64,000 nt of DNA, from contig NC_045697.1 of NCBI RefSeq assembly GCF_009834535.1, positions 12,960,001 through 13,024,000 on the forward strand, in the 5' to 3' direction. Below the pieces are notes generated by a model. The model searched no databases. It was not told the origin of the DNA and saw only the letters and a list, made by a program, of their open reading frames with translations. Positions 51,536-64,000 of this stretch are shown here, in pieces. The stretch's first letter is position 1, and each line of letters opens with the position of its first letter. A program made the position numbers and the translations under genes. This stretch comes from Camelus ferus. Taxonomy: Eukaryota.

Positions 51536-54500
51536 TTTTTTTTTTTTGCTTGAAACAAAGGAAATGAATCGCTAAGTCACTGATCTCATGGTGTCGAAGC
51601 TTTGGGCTTTTGCATCTTTTTTTCTTCTGCCCTAGAATATTCTTCTTCCCTTTCTTTTTAACCTAGTAAACCTTTATTATTTTTCTTTGTTAAGACCCTT
51701 CTTAAGTATCACAGATCTAGAATATTACCCACCTCCCCTAGTATAAATATGATAAAGAGCTAACATCTTGGGGAATATATTCTATCAGAAACCATTTCAG
51801 CTGTGTGCATAGATTATTCTTTTTATTTCTCACAACACCCTGTATTTTGATTACCTCCATGAGATTGGAGATGTAAAGTGATGAACACACGATCACTTCA
51901 TTCGTAGGTGACAGAGAGGTAGAGGGTCTGGGATTCTAACTTGTATGTTTATATAACCCTAAACTTTCAAGCAGATTTCCTTTTTTCCCCTCCTATCTTT
52001 TGCTGCTTCCAGAGGACTTTGTACTCATTTTCCTTCTAACACTTATGCAAATTCTGTAGAATCATTTTCACATACTCATCTTCCCTATTAAGTTACGAAT
52101 ATCTCAAAGTCAAGGGCCTTAGTTGGTTGATCACTGCATCCCAGCTCCTACAGTACTCTTTGGCAGGTACTAGAAATACAGTCAGTGCTTCAGTTAACAT
52201 ATGTTCAAATATTGACATCCCGTTTCCAAACAATTAATTTGTCATACAATGGAGTTATTAGTCAAATGATGCTTTGCAGAATGCAGTCCTTCCTGTGTCA
52301 TTCAGAAGATTCTATAGAACAAATAAGAGCTTTAGGAGAAATACATTATTAGGAATATCAGTTATCAACAGCCAGTAAGAATAAACACATGCTTTATTTA
52401 AGGTAATACCTTTCCTGTAACTGTCTATTAATTTCCAAGTAATCTAGTGATAGTCACATTTCTTGACAGCTGTCAGTATTTGAAATCTCAGTCTGGACCA
52501 CGCAGACTTATGCACATTATTCATTAGTCTCCCCAGTGCAGTATTTGTAGAGAGATCAATGAAAAGATGGTTTGTGGGATTTACATAAATAAGTTTTAAA
52601 AGATTCTACATATTCCAGTATCCTATTATTACACAGAAAATTAATTAAATCAGATTAATAAGGAGCCATATTTTTCTATTAATGCCAGCAATTTAAAACT
52701 TTAAAAATAACACCTTTTCAACCAAATATAGAATAAGCAAAATTTACTGACCTCATTTGATTGGTTATCTATTTTTGTAAGTCCCTGAAGTAGCAGACAA
52801 TTACTCTTGTCAGTTTTTGTTACAGTCTTGGAAAGATCTTGGGCAACCCTTTTTCATTTTTTCTTTCTTCATCATGTTTAACTGCAGACAACAAGGACAG
52901 TTCACAAGCGTATGCCAAAGACATCAATCGCTTTTTAATGAGGCCATAACCCTGAGTAGGTCATGGAATATTAAAAATAAATGAACATATTGCTGTCACT
53001 GGGGATTGAACTCTCTTGGCTGAAGGGTATCGATGAGGAAACACAATACCAGGACACAATACACTGCACTGCCTACATTTCAAAAGGCAGTTAATTAGCA
53101 GAAGCTATATGAACGACCCTTGCCCATGTCCTTGGTGCACTCAAGTTATGTCTGTGTCAGTGCGAGAACCGTGCACTGCTCTTCTCAATAGAGGGCCAAT
53201 TGGCTGAGACACATGACCAGGCTTTATCTACACAGTCAATTGTGAGAATTAAAAGGTCAGTCATTCAATAGGGAAGATTTCCCTTTTAGTGGCCCTGTCT
53301 GGCAAGGAGATTATCCTCTTGAATGAGCAAGAATGAGAACAATGGTTTGTGAAGACCCAGACTCAATCAAAGAAAAATCTGAGGGGAAGAGGGAGTTGAA
53401 TGAGAAGATAGGGTGTTACTATAATGACATTTAGGCTCTTCATCTATCCCAGTACACTCATCCTCCACTGCTCACTACCACATTGTTAATGCAGAAGCAA
53501 GGTGGAGCCCCCTTATCTTCCTGTTTACATCTGCAGTCATCGTGCATGTTTTTGCTTCACCTGGGACGAATCCTTCTTGCCTATCCTTCTGGATAATGCT
53601 TATTTGTTATTCTAGCCTCAGCTCATGTGCCACCAGCTTCTCTGAAGACGTCTAGACTCTTATAAGCAAGGAGTTGTCTCTGGGAAGCACCTTCTTAGGC
53701 AGGGATTTCATTTTCCAGATTCCTTATCATCTAGGCAAAATCCTTTATCTAGCTTTTGCTGTGGTCTGTGGACGGAAACGGCGTGCCTCACTTTCCAGCT
53801 AAGATTTTTAAGAAGTGATTGTGTCCTCCTCTGCCTCTCTTCCCACATCCTGAAGCTGAACACAGATATTTAATAACTCTGAAAGATAGCTGAGGAAGAA
53901 GATGGCTGAGTAACACAGGGAAGAAAACCACCTTTTGGCCATATGGAACATCTGTATTGAAATTTGGAATTCATTAGCCAACTATGATTTCTCTTAATAA
54001 TGAAATATCCAAGAATAGCTTAACTTATTGACTCTCTGCCATGGAACTTACATTTTGAAACTCTAATTATAGTATAATAAAAATCACTATTTGCACATCA
54101 TTCCTAGTGGACTTAGGAAAAATGCCTTGTCACCTTTTTAGCTTTGCTGCCTAGTAAACTGGTCACACAATGATGGGAATGCAATAAAATAGGATGAATG
54201 AATGATAATCTCAAAACTACTCTTTAATGAGTACCTTCTTTGCAAAGTAATACATGTCATTTATCTCCTTCAATCTGCAACATCTGTATAATGAGTATTA
54301 ATACCTATGTTTTCCAGAAGATCATAATCTTTTATTCTCTCATTGAGTGTATGTTGATTCCTCATTCCTGTATCACAGATTTTGCAAGGAACTAGAGAAA
54401 ATACTGTGAAAATACAGACTTTTTTGTTCTTTTAATGTCTATAGTTAGTGTAGTGCATTTGTTTCCAAATGTTATCTTCAATGTCACTGTGGAAGCTTTT

Positions 54501-55213
54501 GAAAAAATGGATCCCAACTGGTCTATAGGTCCAGAGTCCCAAGGACAGTCACACAGCCTAGTAGAGCTGGAATGTTAACCAGATTTTTCTACTCCCAAAC
54601 CAGTGCTTTTTCTGAATTAAAGAATCATCAGATTGTTTTTTGTTCCATGAATAGTATTGATAGTGAGATCAGTGGGCTAGGCTTGCTTTGACTGTCATAA
54701 TTTTGTTAATTGTTAAGAGGAGACATAAGGTAATATAACCTTTCAGTTCATTGAGATTTGGCAAGAAACTGAATCACAATTGTTCTGGCCATTTGGCTAC
54801 TTTGGAAGAACAGCTAGGTGCTCTTTACCAATGATCTAGCCCTCTCTCCATAGTCGTGGTCCTAGAGCTGGAAGGGAAACCAGAGAAAGAGGTTAAGTAA
54901 TTTCTCCAAAGGTAGAGCAGGCATTTGAACCCTGAACTCTTCAGTACTATACAATAAAAGAAACCACATTTCACACCTTTTAATAATGGAAAAGCTATCC
55001 TTCCCCATTGTTTTACACTGAGAAATTTGTATCCTTCCAAATATATTAAGCTTTTATGATGAGGAGCAGTCTAAAAAACACAATCTCTTTAGATTGAATT
55101 AAAAAATTAACTTTCTTAGTACAGCATTAGGAATACCAACTATCAGATGTCTTATGAATAGGGAGACATTTCTGGCCAATGCCAGAATACAGGATGAGTT
55201 AAAGGATAGTTAC

Positions 55214-55621
55214 TGCATTAGTTTGTTAGTATTGCCCTAAGGGGATGCCACAGATTGGGTGGCTTAAACAATAATATTTTATTTTGTTCACATTTTGAGA
55301 AGCAACTTCAAGGTGTTGGAAGGTTTAGTTTCTTCTGAGACCTGGGCTCTTAGTTTGTAGATGACCCTCATCACTATGTCCTCAAAAAGTGCTAGGTCTT
55401 TTTTCTGCATATGTGCACTCTGATGCCTTTCTGTGAGTCCAAATTTCCTCTTCTTATAGTGGCACCGGTCATGTTGGATTAAGGCACATCCTGATGATCT
55501 CATTTTAACCTAATCACCCCTTTAAAGGTTCTGTCTCCAAATATAGTCATATTCTGAAGAACTGGGAGTTAGAGTTCAACAATGAGTTGGGGGTGGTGGT
55601 GGTCATAATCATCCCATAACA
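55214..55621 (-). mobile_element. MLT1 solo LTR, MLT1C-like
   Basis: ccacagattgggtggcttaaacaa...ctgtctccaaatatagtcatattctgaagaactgggagttag...cccataaca. Confidence 0.85.
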
Positions 55622-57452
55622 GTTGCTGAGTGGTATTGAGTAAAATCAATAAAGATGTCATAGACAAGTGTCTTTCTTATGAAATCTACTAAATAAAGAT
55701 GGCTTTTTTTTTCTGTAAAAGAAAATGAAGTAAAAATAAACATCAGTCTGCATTTAGCTCCCACATAAAAATGTTATATCCATGATGATGCCATAACATT
55801 ATTATCATTGAAATAAACTATGTTTTTTTTTCTGCGAGTGGCTCCAAAATGCATGAAGTCATTGTCATATATTGATATACCGAAATGAGTCCTTGATGCA
55901 TTTGTCTCAGTGTCTACTGAAACAGTCTATTAACTAATTGCATTCTTTCTGGGTAAATAAACTTTTACAGAAGACTTATATGCCTACCAAAATAATGATG
56001 GTATAAAGTCAAATTTCCTTCTTGCCCAGGTATATGCAACCTTTTAATTCTATCCATATACCCATGTAACAATCTTACGCTTGCTTGGAGTCTGAAGTTC
56101 AATTGCTCAATAGTAAAAATTCACAGTACAAGGTCAATCATTATGGATGATACTAGCTTGGAGCTAAGCCTCCTCCTTGTCTTTGTTTGAGTGTCAGCTG
56201 GATTTCTCTGCGAGTGTAAACCCCATCAATATCCATCCAAGGAAACCGGCTTGAAGAATAATTGAGAGTACACATGGGCAATGATCAAACAAAGGTTTTT
56301 GTTCTTTCAGAATGCATTTCAGGAAATGTACAGCAAACGCCCTCGTTCAGCAGTTAAATGCAAATGTTTGTACAGTAGGGTAGACTGCAGATATGGACTC
56401 TCTTATCAAATGTCAGCAAAGGTAGTTCTAATGGTTGATGTTCTCCAGGAGAAACAATATAGTATAACTATAATTATCACAGGTAACCTAACAGTTTCTC
56501 TCACAACCCTGCCTCTGGTATTTCTTAGCTGGGTGCTTTCTGTTGTTTTGTTTTTGTTGACTGTACCTCCACTTCTTATATAATCCACATTCCTTCTTTT
56601 TTTCAAAGGAAAATAGCAAAGAGACAAGATTGTAAGAACAAAGACAAAGACTCCTTTTCTCTATTCATTGTCGTAAAAACAATTTTTTTTTGGCATGGAT
56701 CTTTTTAAAATTTTTATATTTGCTTTCTTCCTAATTTAGAACCACAAAGGCGGGCTTGAGGCTTTGTGCACAGATGATATTAACTTTCTGATATTTAACC
56801 AAAGCCCATATCAATCTACTTGGATCACTAATATATATATTGTATTTGCTCTGAAAATCTGTTAAATATATTGTAATTGCACTGAAAATCTGTTAAAATA
56901 TGAATTTTCCTTGAAAGTTCAAGTGCCTCTTGGTTACAAATAAACCAGAAACATTTAACCTGAACACTTTTGGAACAAAAGAATGACAAATTGACTTTCC
57001 TCCTGAAAATAAACAAAACCAAAACTATCTTTCATCATATCCATAAAGAAAGAAGATAAATACAGAGAAAAAAATACACTGGCACATATTTACAACACAG
57101 AAATCATAATCCATGCTTACTCTTCCCCATGAAGGGAAATGTATATATATTTCTTTCTCCTTTATCTATTTATTACTGGAACAATTTACTCATGATTTTT
57201 CATGTACTTCCACAAATTCCTCATTTCTAGGGGAAAGCTCCATTTATCTGTCTCTGACTGTAAAACTCTTAACATCCCCTTTATGCCTAACTTCATAAAC
57301 TATGACCATATTTTCCAAATAATATGACTCTTTGACATTTGACTTTGCCATTTATCTTCTTTGACATTTTCTTTGATTTATACATTTTCTTTTTTGTTAT
57401 CCATTCTGAAACTACTCTTAAGAAGACCAGATTTCTCTTATGAATGGATTCT

Positions 57453-58172
57453 TTTTTTATTGAAGTATACTCAGTCATAATATGTCAATTTCTGATGTAC
57501 AGCATAATGTTCCAGTCATGCATATATATATATATATATACATATATTCACTTTCATATTTTTTTCATTAAAGATTATAAAATACTGAATATAGTTTCCT
57601 GGGCTATTTAGAAGAAATTTGTTTTTTTAAATCTATTTTTATATATAATGTTTAACATTTGCAAATCTCAAACTCCCAAGTTTATCCCTTCCCACCCCTT
57701 TGCCCTCAGCAATCATAAGATTGTTTACTATGTCTGCAAGTCTGTTTCTGTTTTGTTGATGAGTTCATTTGTGTCCTCTTTTTTCTTTTTTTTTTTTCTT
57801 TTTAGATTCCACATACAAGTGATATCATGTTTTTTTTTTTTTTTTCTTTTTCTGGCTTACTTCACTTAGAATAATAACCTTCAGGTCCATCCATGTTGCT
57901 GCAAGTGACATAATTTTATTCTTTTTATGGTTGAGTAGTATTCCTTTGTATAAATATGCCATAACTTCTTTATCCAGTCATCTGTTGATGGATATTTAGG
58001 TGCTTCCATGTTTTGGGTCTTGGTTATTGTATATAGTGTTACTATGAACACTGGGGTGCATGTATCTTTTCGAATTAGTCTTCCCTCTGGATATGTACCC
58101 AGGAGTGGAATTGCTGGATCATATGGTAAGTCTATTTTTAGTTTTCTGAGGAATCTCCATACTATTTTCCTC
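57453..58172 (-). mobile_element. 5'-truncated LINE-1 (ORF2 C-terminus and 3' UTR)
   Basis: ORF 57881-58174 reads VWRFLRKLKIDLPYDPAIPLLGTYP...DDWIKKLWHIYTKEYY. 13-bp TSD atgaatggattct at 57440-57452 and 58173-58185, with a TT/AGAA endonuclease-like site. Confidence 0.95.
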
Positions 58173-58524
58173 ATGAATGGATTCTAATCCTAATCATTCA
58201 GTAATCTTCCTGTTTTTAATGTCTCCCATTTGCCTATCCTACTTACTGTCCCAAATAAATTCCCAAATCAATCCTTTTTCACCTCTTTGCTCAGAAGCCC
58301 GTTCTTTCCCCAAGTTTGCTCCACCTATAGTCATCCAATCATTTATTTGGTAGCAATTCTCACCCACCTTTCTATTATTTGAGTAAAACATTGCATAGTC
58401 AACCTTAATTCTTGCCTTTTCTCAAGTTCACTTGTACATCAATCACTCAGATGATCCAATGAAACTCCAACTATTCTCACTCCTCTGTTACTTCCCTATG
58501 GATTAAGCAATAGCCTATGCTTTA

Positions 58525-59055
58525 TTTATCTATAACTGCATAGATTAGTCCAAATTACTCTAAAGCTTTTTTTGTGTGTGTGATTTAAAACAATATATTA
58601 CTTTTCTCCATTGTGCTCTGGGTTGAGTGATTCTCACTTTAGGTCTTTCATGCATTCAATGTCTGATGACACATGTGACTGGATGTCCAAGACCGTTTGC
58701 TCACTTGGCTAGCAGTTGATGCTGCCTATTGACTAGAGCTCAATTGCGTCTGTCAGCTGGACCATCTACATATAGACTTTCAATGTAGCTTGTGTTTCTT
58801 ACAGCATTGGAACTAAGTTCTAAACTGGAGTTTCTCAGTTATGAACATCAAGAAAATTAGTTCAAAGCTGTGGGATTTATGAAGTCTTTCTATTACTCCC
58901 ATATCATTTTGTTACTCAGGCAAGTCACTAAGTCTACCCTAGATTCAAGGGAAGAGGGATGAATGAGCCTTCAACTTTCATGCTGAGAAGCAGCAAGTAC
59001 ATAACCCAGGGAGAAAAGGAATTGATGAAGATCATCTTGGGGACTCTGGACCATA
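58525..59055 (-). mobile_element. Old MLT1 (H/I-like) LTR
   Basis: ggatgtccaagaccgtttgctcacttggctagcagttgatgctg...caagtcactaagtctaccctagattcaagggaagagg. Confidence 0.65.
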
Positions 59056-59089
59056 GGCTCTTGTTTTTGTTTCCATCTTTTTCACCCTT

Positions 59090-59485
59090 CACTTAATTAT
59101 TGCTGAATCGGCAGGAGTAATTCTTTATAAATGTATGTCAGAATATGTTAGTCCTCTGCTCAGAACGCTATAATAGCTCCCCATATAATTCAGAGTAAAA
59201 GCCAAAGCCCTTACAGTGACCTACAAAACCCTACACAATTTGGCTCTCTGTTACCCCTTTAAACTTAGTTTCTACAACCATTTCCATTGCTACTCTGCTT
59301 TAGCCACACTGGTTTCCTCAAACACTCCAGGCATATTCCTGACCTAGGGCATTTGCACTGGTTGTCCCCATTGCCTAAAATGTTCTTTACTCAGATATCC
59401 ACATGGTTACATCCTTCATGTGTTACAAGTCTTTGTTTAAATCTGAGCTTCTCAATCAGGTCTAACATGAATATCTAATTTAGTA
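59090..59485 (+). mobile_element. L2 (L2a-like) fragment
   Basis: cagagtaaaagccaaagcccttacagtgacctacaaaaccctac...tagccacactggtttcctc...agggcatttgcactgg. Confidence 0.8.
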
Positions 59486-59958
59486 TTACAACTCCACTCC
59501 AGTTTAGGGCTCCTAAGTAAGGTAAGTGCTTCATTCATTTCTGTTTTGAGAGGGATCTTGATTTATTGAACAGTCTGGTGCATACTTATTTCTCTACAAT
59601 CTGTTGGAGATGAGTTTTGGAGAACAATAATCTTGGCATGGATTTTGGAGAACATTGTCTTATCTGGGAGTGTGTATACCTGGGATGTACATCTTAGACT
59701 GTTCCTTCACTGAAGCAGGTCATTACCACACTTGAAGAGGCGTGGGTCTTCTGGAATAACATATTCCATACTAATTATTTTCTTTCCTCCATTCATTTTC
59801 TTGTTCTTTTCCTGGTGTAAGAAATGTCTTCCACCCTTTTCAGCAATTTATCCATATTCAGATATCAGCTTCTAACCCTGCTTCACCTCTTCCATATGGA
59901 TCCAAACTCCAAATTCTTACTGTAAATATAGTTAATTTCAGGAGAATATCTTTTAATT

Positions 59959-60075
59959 CAATGGTTTTCAAAGCATGGTCCAGAATGGTTTCTGAATCTC
60001 TTTCAAGAAGTCTTTGGTATCAAAATACTTCAAAATAAAACTGAAAACTTATTTGCCTTTTTCACTCTCTTGCTC
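59959..60075 (+). mobile_element. hAT-Charlie 5' end fragment
   Basis: caatggttttcaaagcatggtcc...aacttatttgcctttttcactct. Confidence 0.55.
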
Positions 60076-63000
60076 TGCAAAAAAGTAGCATTAAACCCAT
60101 ACCTACTGAGGAATTAGGTTCTGCAATGCAGCTCGGAATGTCATACACTATGGCTTCCAAATAGGATAGAAAGAAGCAAAAAATAATACACTCATGTTTT
60201 CCAAATAGAATAAACAAAAGAAGAAAAAGAATGTGATTGCAGAACTGGGTTAAAAAGTGTAATTGTGAAGTCAGATAGGAAAAATCTATTATGACATGTT
60301 GAGAAACAGACTACCAAAATGTTTGTTTCAGTCAAAGGAATTCCAGCCCTAATTATTAGCACCTAATCATGATGCCTCAGTCTTTGGCTACATTTCCTGG
60401 TTGGCCCATTGTCAATGATATATGAGGTGCTAGACTGAGAACAAAGTTAAGACAAGGTGTCAACTACCACATCTGGAATGGATTGAACCCTCCTTCTAGC
60501 CCTATTGTTAACACCCTCTTAACACGTTTCTTTTTATACTGCCTAGGCCAGGAAGGGGTAAATTGGTGGGCAGGTAAGACAGTACAGCTGGAAGTACTTG
60601 CCTATGTGTTCATAACCTTGATGGGAAGGATTATTCCATACTATGAGTAGATTTAATTCCTGCTAGTGTAGGGAGATTCATTTGCTTAATTGACAGCTCA
60701 CTCTCCTTTGGTGCACACATTCCCAAATAATTTAAGGAGACAATTGAGTCAAATTAAATACATTGATTGAGTACTTCTTTTATAGATAGAACAAAAGATC
60801 TTATATTAAAATCATCCTGAGAGATTAAACAAAGGTAGGACCAAGATTTTAGATAACTTTCCAGAAAGGATAATGAAATTATGTTTAGTAAGCCACATTT
60901 TCTTTTGAAGTTCTCCTTATACATCAGCTGTTCATGTTATCCAGGCAGCTTGGTGGTGTGAGAGGAGGGCGGTGTTCTAAAAAGAGAGAAACCCTCTTCA
61001 CACCGACGATGTGCCTGTTTCCAGCTGTCCTGGTCCCGGGTTGTGAAAAATGTAACATTAGAGACTATGGAAAGAGACTGATTTTTAGGCATCCTGAGAG
61101 CCGGTAGACACAAATTCAAGTCCAAGTCATGACATTTACCAGGCAAAAGTGTCCTGTCGCTTCTGTAGGTGCCATTTTCTTCAAGTGTAAAGTAGGAAGG
61201 ACTCTAAGCTCCTATGCAGATCTGAAAATCCTATGGCTTTAATAAATATGCACTTTTAAGCCCACGGATGTGGTGGAAATGCCAGCAGCAGGCGCTTGTC
61301 CTCTGAAGCACATCTGTCTGTGATGAGGGGTCTGTTTTGAGCTCAGTTGTCACTCTGAGTTCTGACTGTCTCCCAGGCTCTGTCCCTGCAGTCACTCAAA
61401 GGACAGACCCACTCAGCTGTGCAAAATGAACCAAAGAGAAGCGACAAGCATGCAGAGGTCTCAGCCACCAACGCATTCTTGCAGGGCATTGCCATCAGCA
61501 TTTAACCCTTGCAGCCACAAGGGCAACAAACTAAGTCAATAGAGGCAGATGCATCTACTTAAAAAGACAGCTGGCTGACACTTTTATAGGAGATGCTGAA
61601 GGAAAGATAAATTCAGTGACCTAAAATGACGGCAGAATGGATACCTAAAGGCTCATAGATTCTTTGGATGCTTATGGTTTTACTATATGTCACTAATATT
61701 CAAAATAAGCAAAAAAATAATTGGTATTTATTTCCTTTGTCTTTCAATAGATTCATATTAATCAAATGAATTCTTCAAAATGCATTTTGACATAACCTGA
61801 CTCCACAGAAACTTTATTGCAACTTGGCCTTCCTTTAAATGTTTGTATGCAATACGTGACTGATATTCTAAATCAAAACCACATACATTTGTGTACCCTA
61901 AATCCCCTACAGCCCTCATTAAAAATGAAAAGTCTCCTGTCTAATAGCTCCTGAGGCTGTTGAATTTCACAAACTCACCGTTACCCCTTCCTGAATTTTA
62001 TTTTACTACTTGGTCAACAGGAACTGTTTGCTGCGTTTGGAGATTTTAGGTTTTATTTGTCCAGTGTAAAAGTTGGCACTGAATCCTCAGCTCGATTTGC
62101 CACATGGGCTTCATGGGGAGATTCTGGGTGAAATGAAATACTCTGTGAAGATAATAATACTCTCATAATCTCTTCTTATTAAATTGTCAAGCATGGTGAC
62201 AGTCTTTATTAACATCTGCTTTTACTTTTTTAGCAGTCAGCAATAAAACTTTCCTCTTGCCCCCAACACACACATATGAGTTGTTCATTATTTCTGTTTT
62301 CTGATGGGAGGGATTTGCTTTGCTTAGACACACAAAGCATTATAAATATATATATCTCCTATACACAGCTCTTATCTCTATGTCATGGTGTAAACTGGTA
62401 ACTGTTTTCCTTATAATCTTCTGTGTTTTCCAAAGAATTTTCACTTAATATACATTACTTACAGAGCTTTCTGTAGAGAGGATTCTTCAGAAGTTACACA
62501 CGTTTATGCACATCCACTGCTGAACATTTCTCCGAATAGCAATGGATGATACTAAGATATTTTTGACAGTTGGCATAGATCGTCCCAAGGAGCTGAGAGT
62601 GGATGGAAGCATTTGGGATCCAGAGGTGAAATAATTGGCATCCAAAAGCAGCACTAAAGATGTTTTCTTAGATACCCATGATTAGGAACATTTTTCCCCT
62701 TCCTTTGCCTTCCAACTCATAGCAGGTTAATGGCATTGTCTCCATAGGGAAGCTTGTGCCTGCCATCTCAACAGTTGGAAGAATGAGCTTGATTTCCAAG
62801 GGAAGCTGCACAGTAGTACCAAACATAAAGAGCCAGGAGCCCAGGAATGAGAAACAATTAAGGACCACTTGATTAATGCTTAATGATGCAGAGCAGGCAT
62901 GCAGCAAAGCTGACTGTGTGTTCTGTCTTGGCCAGCGATGCTCACATAATGCCAGCGTGCTGCTGTAAATGTCTCTCTTCTATAGGCTGTGGATCAAAGA

Positions 63001-63544
63001 AAGCAGGAGATGAAATTATCTGGGGAATTTTGGTATGACATACTGGAGAAAAACCAGAAAATGAGCAGTGTGGATCGCACTGCCAATCTCAGTGCAGTTT
63101 GGGGAAGTTATATACTTTTCATATTTGGTTTCCTGAGCCTAATTCCTAATAGGCATTGTTAAATCCCACTGAGAATGTCTGTTCCCAAAAATGCATTAAG
63201 CATCTCAGTTGGAAGGTCCATAAAGCATTTTCCCGTGCTTTTTTCTCTATCATACTGCAGTGAAAAAGGCTTACGAATATACTGCACAGGTGCAAGTTGC
63301 AGCTGTTGAGGGTAAACTCTATTCTACTATATTAATTCATATCCCACCAGGGGAACTGGAGAATAGTTTAGTTCCCATAAAAAGGAAAAAAATTGTCTTC
63401 GTCAAAGAAGAAAGAAGTTTCTTATCCAGAGTGTAACATTGTTTCTGGCCAGAGGGGCTTTTATAAATACAACTTACTAATCTAGTCAAACGATCACAGA
63501 AATAAGGAGGAAACTCCTTGGCTTTAAAAATTATTATTTAAATT

Positions 63545-63630
63545 TATATGTATGTACACACACACACACACACACACACATATATGTGTGTGTATGTGCA
63601 CACACATACAGTATGTGTACATATATAGTG
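63545..63630. repeat. Compound (CA)n/(TA)/(TG)n alternating purine-pyrimidine tract
   Basis: Directly visible. Confidence 0.9.
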
Positions 63631-64000
63631 TACTGATACATACATGCAAAACCCCCAGAAGCTACATTTTAGTAAATAAGTTTAGTGATCAAGGCTAAGT
63701 AAGCCAGACCCACATAATCAGAGCCTTTTATTGTGCTTAATTCCCGGGACAAAAAAGAATCAATGACAAAATATATGTTTTTATTACATATTCATTTCAA
63801 AAAGTAGATCATATATCAGGGCATCCTTGCCATAAAAATATGGCTTTATCGTCTTTATTTCCTATAGCTTCATGTATAGTTGTGTATGTTTATCACTGAT
63901 GTTCACAACCATGACCTCCAATGTATATATAAGCTTTGAACTATTAAATGAAGATTCACATATGCTCAGTCTGGTAAGAGAGGTGGGTAAAGAGGAAGGA

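Noticed and set aside
447..62907. Most ORFs in the supplied six-frame track
   Set aside because: They are short (60-141 aa), often start at non-ATG codons, have no recognisable domains, and mostly overlap MIR/L1/L2/LTR or low-complexity DNA.
1..64000. CRISPR array, operon, rRNA or CpG-island promoter
   Set aside because: This is mammalian DNA with no repeat-spacer periodicity, no rRNA similarity and CpG depletion throughout.

Overview
AT-rich, CpG-depleted mammalian (eutherian) genomic DNA, most likely intergenic or inside a very large intron. No intact protein-coding gene is recognisable, and the ORF track is almost entirely noise or repeat-derived. The window is dense in ancient repeats: MIR, L2, L3, MLT/ERVL LTRs, MER20, MER5 and Tigger-like elements. 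It also holds several 5'-truncated L1 copies whose 3' UTRs look cetartiodactyl. I saw no Alu, B1, Bov-tA, BovB, PRE-1 or SINEC copies, so a camelid origin is inferred but not proven. The clearest gene-derived feature is a near full-length MRPS15 processed pseudogene (minus strand, 16607-17457) with a 15-bp target-site duplication, inserted into the core of a MIR. It carries a ~76-bp internal insert that is an inverted copy of DNA 2.4 kb away (19603-19670). Two more local dispersed duplications occur at 14191/15945 and 46757/47842. Three exon-like segments (5842-5999, 49126-49265, 62986-63032) are phase-compatible and could belong to a gene I do not recognise, but that is speculative. I found no firm evidence for a wholly new biological system. 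Repeat subfamily names come from recalled consensus sequences, and repeat boundaries are approximate unless target-site duplications (TSDs) are given.
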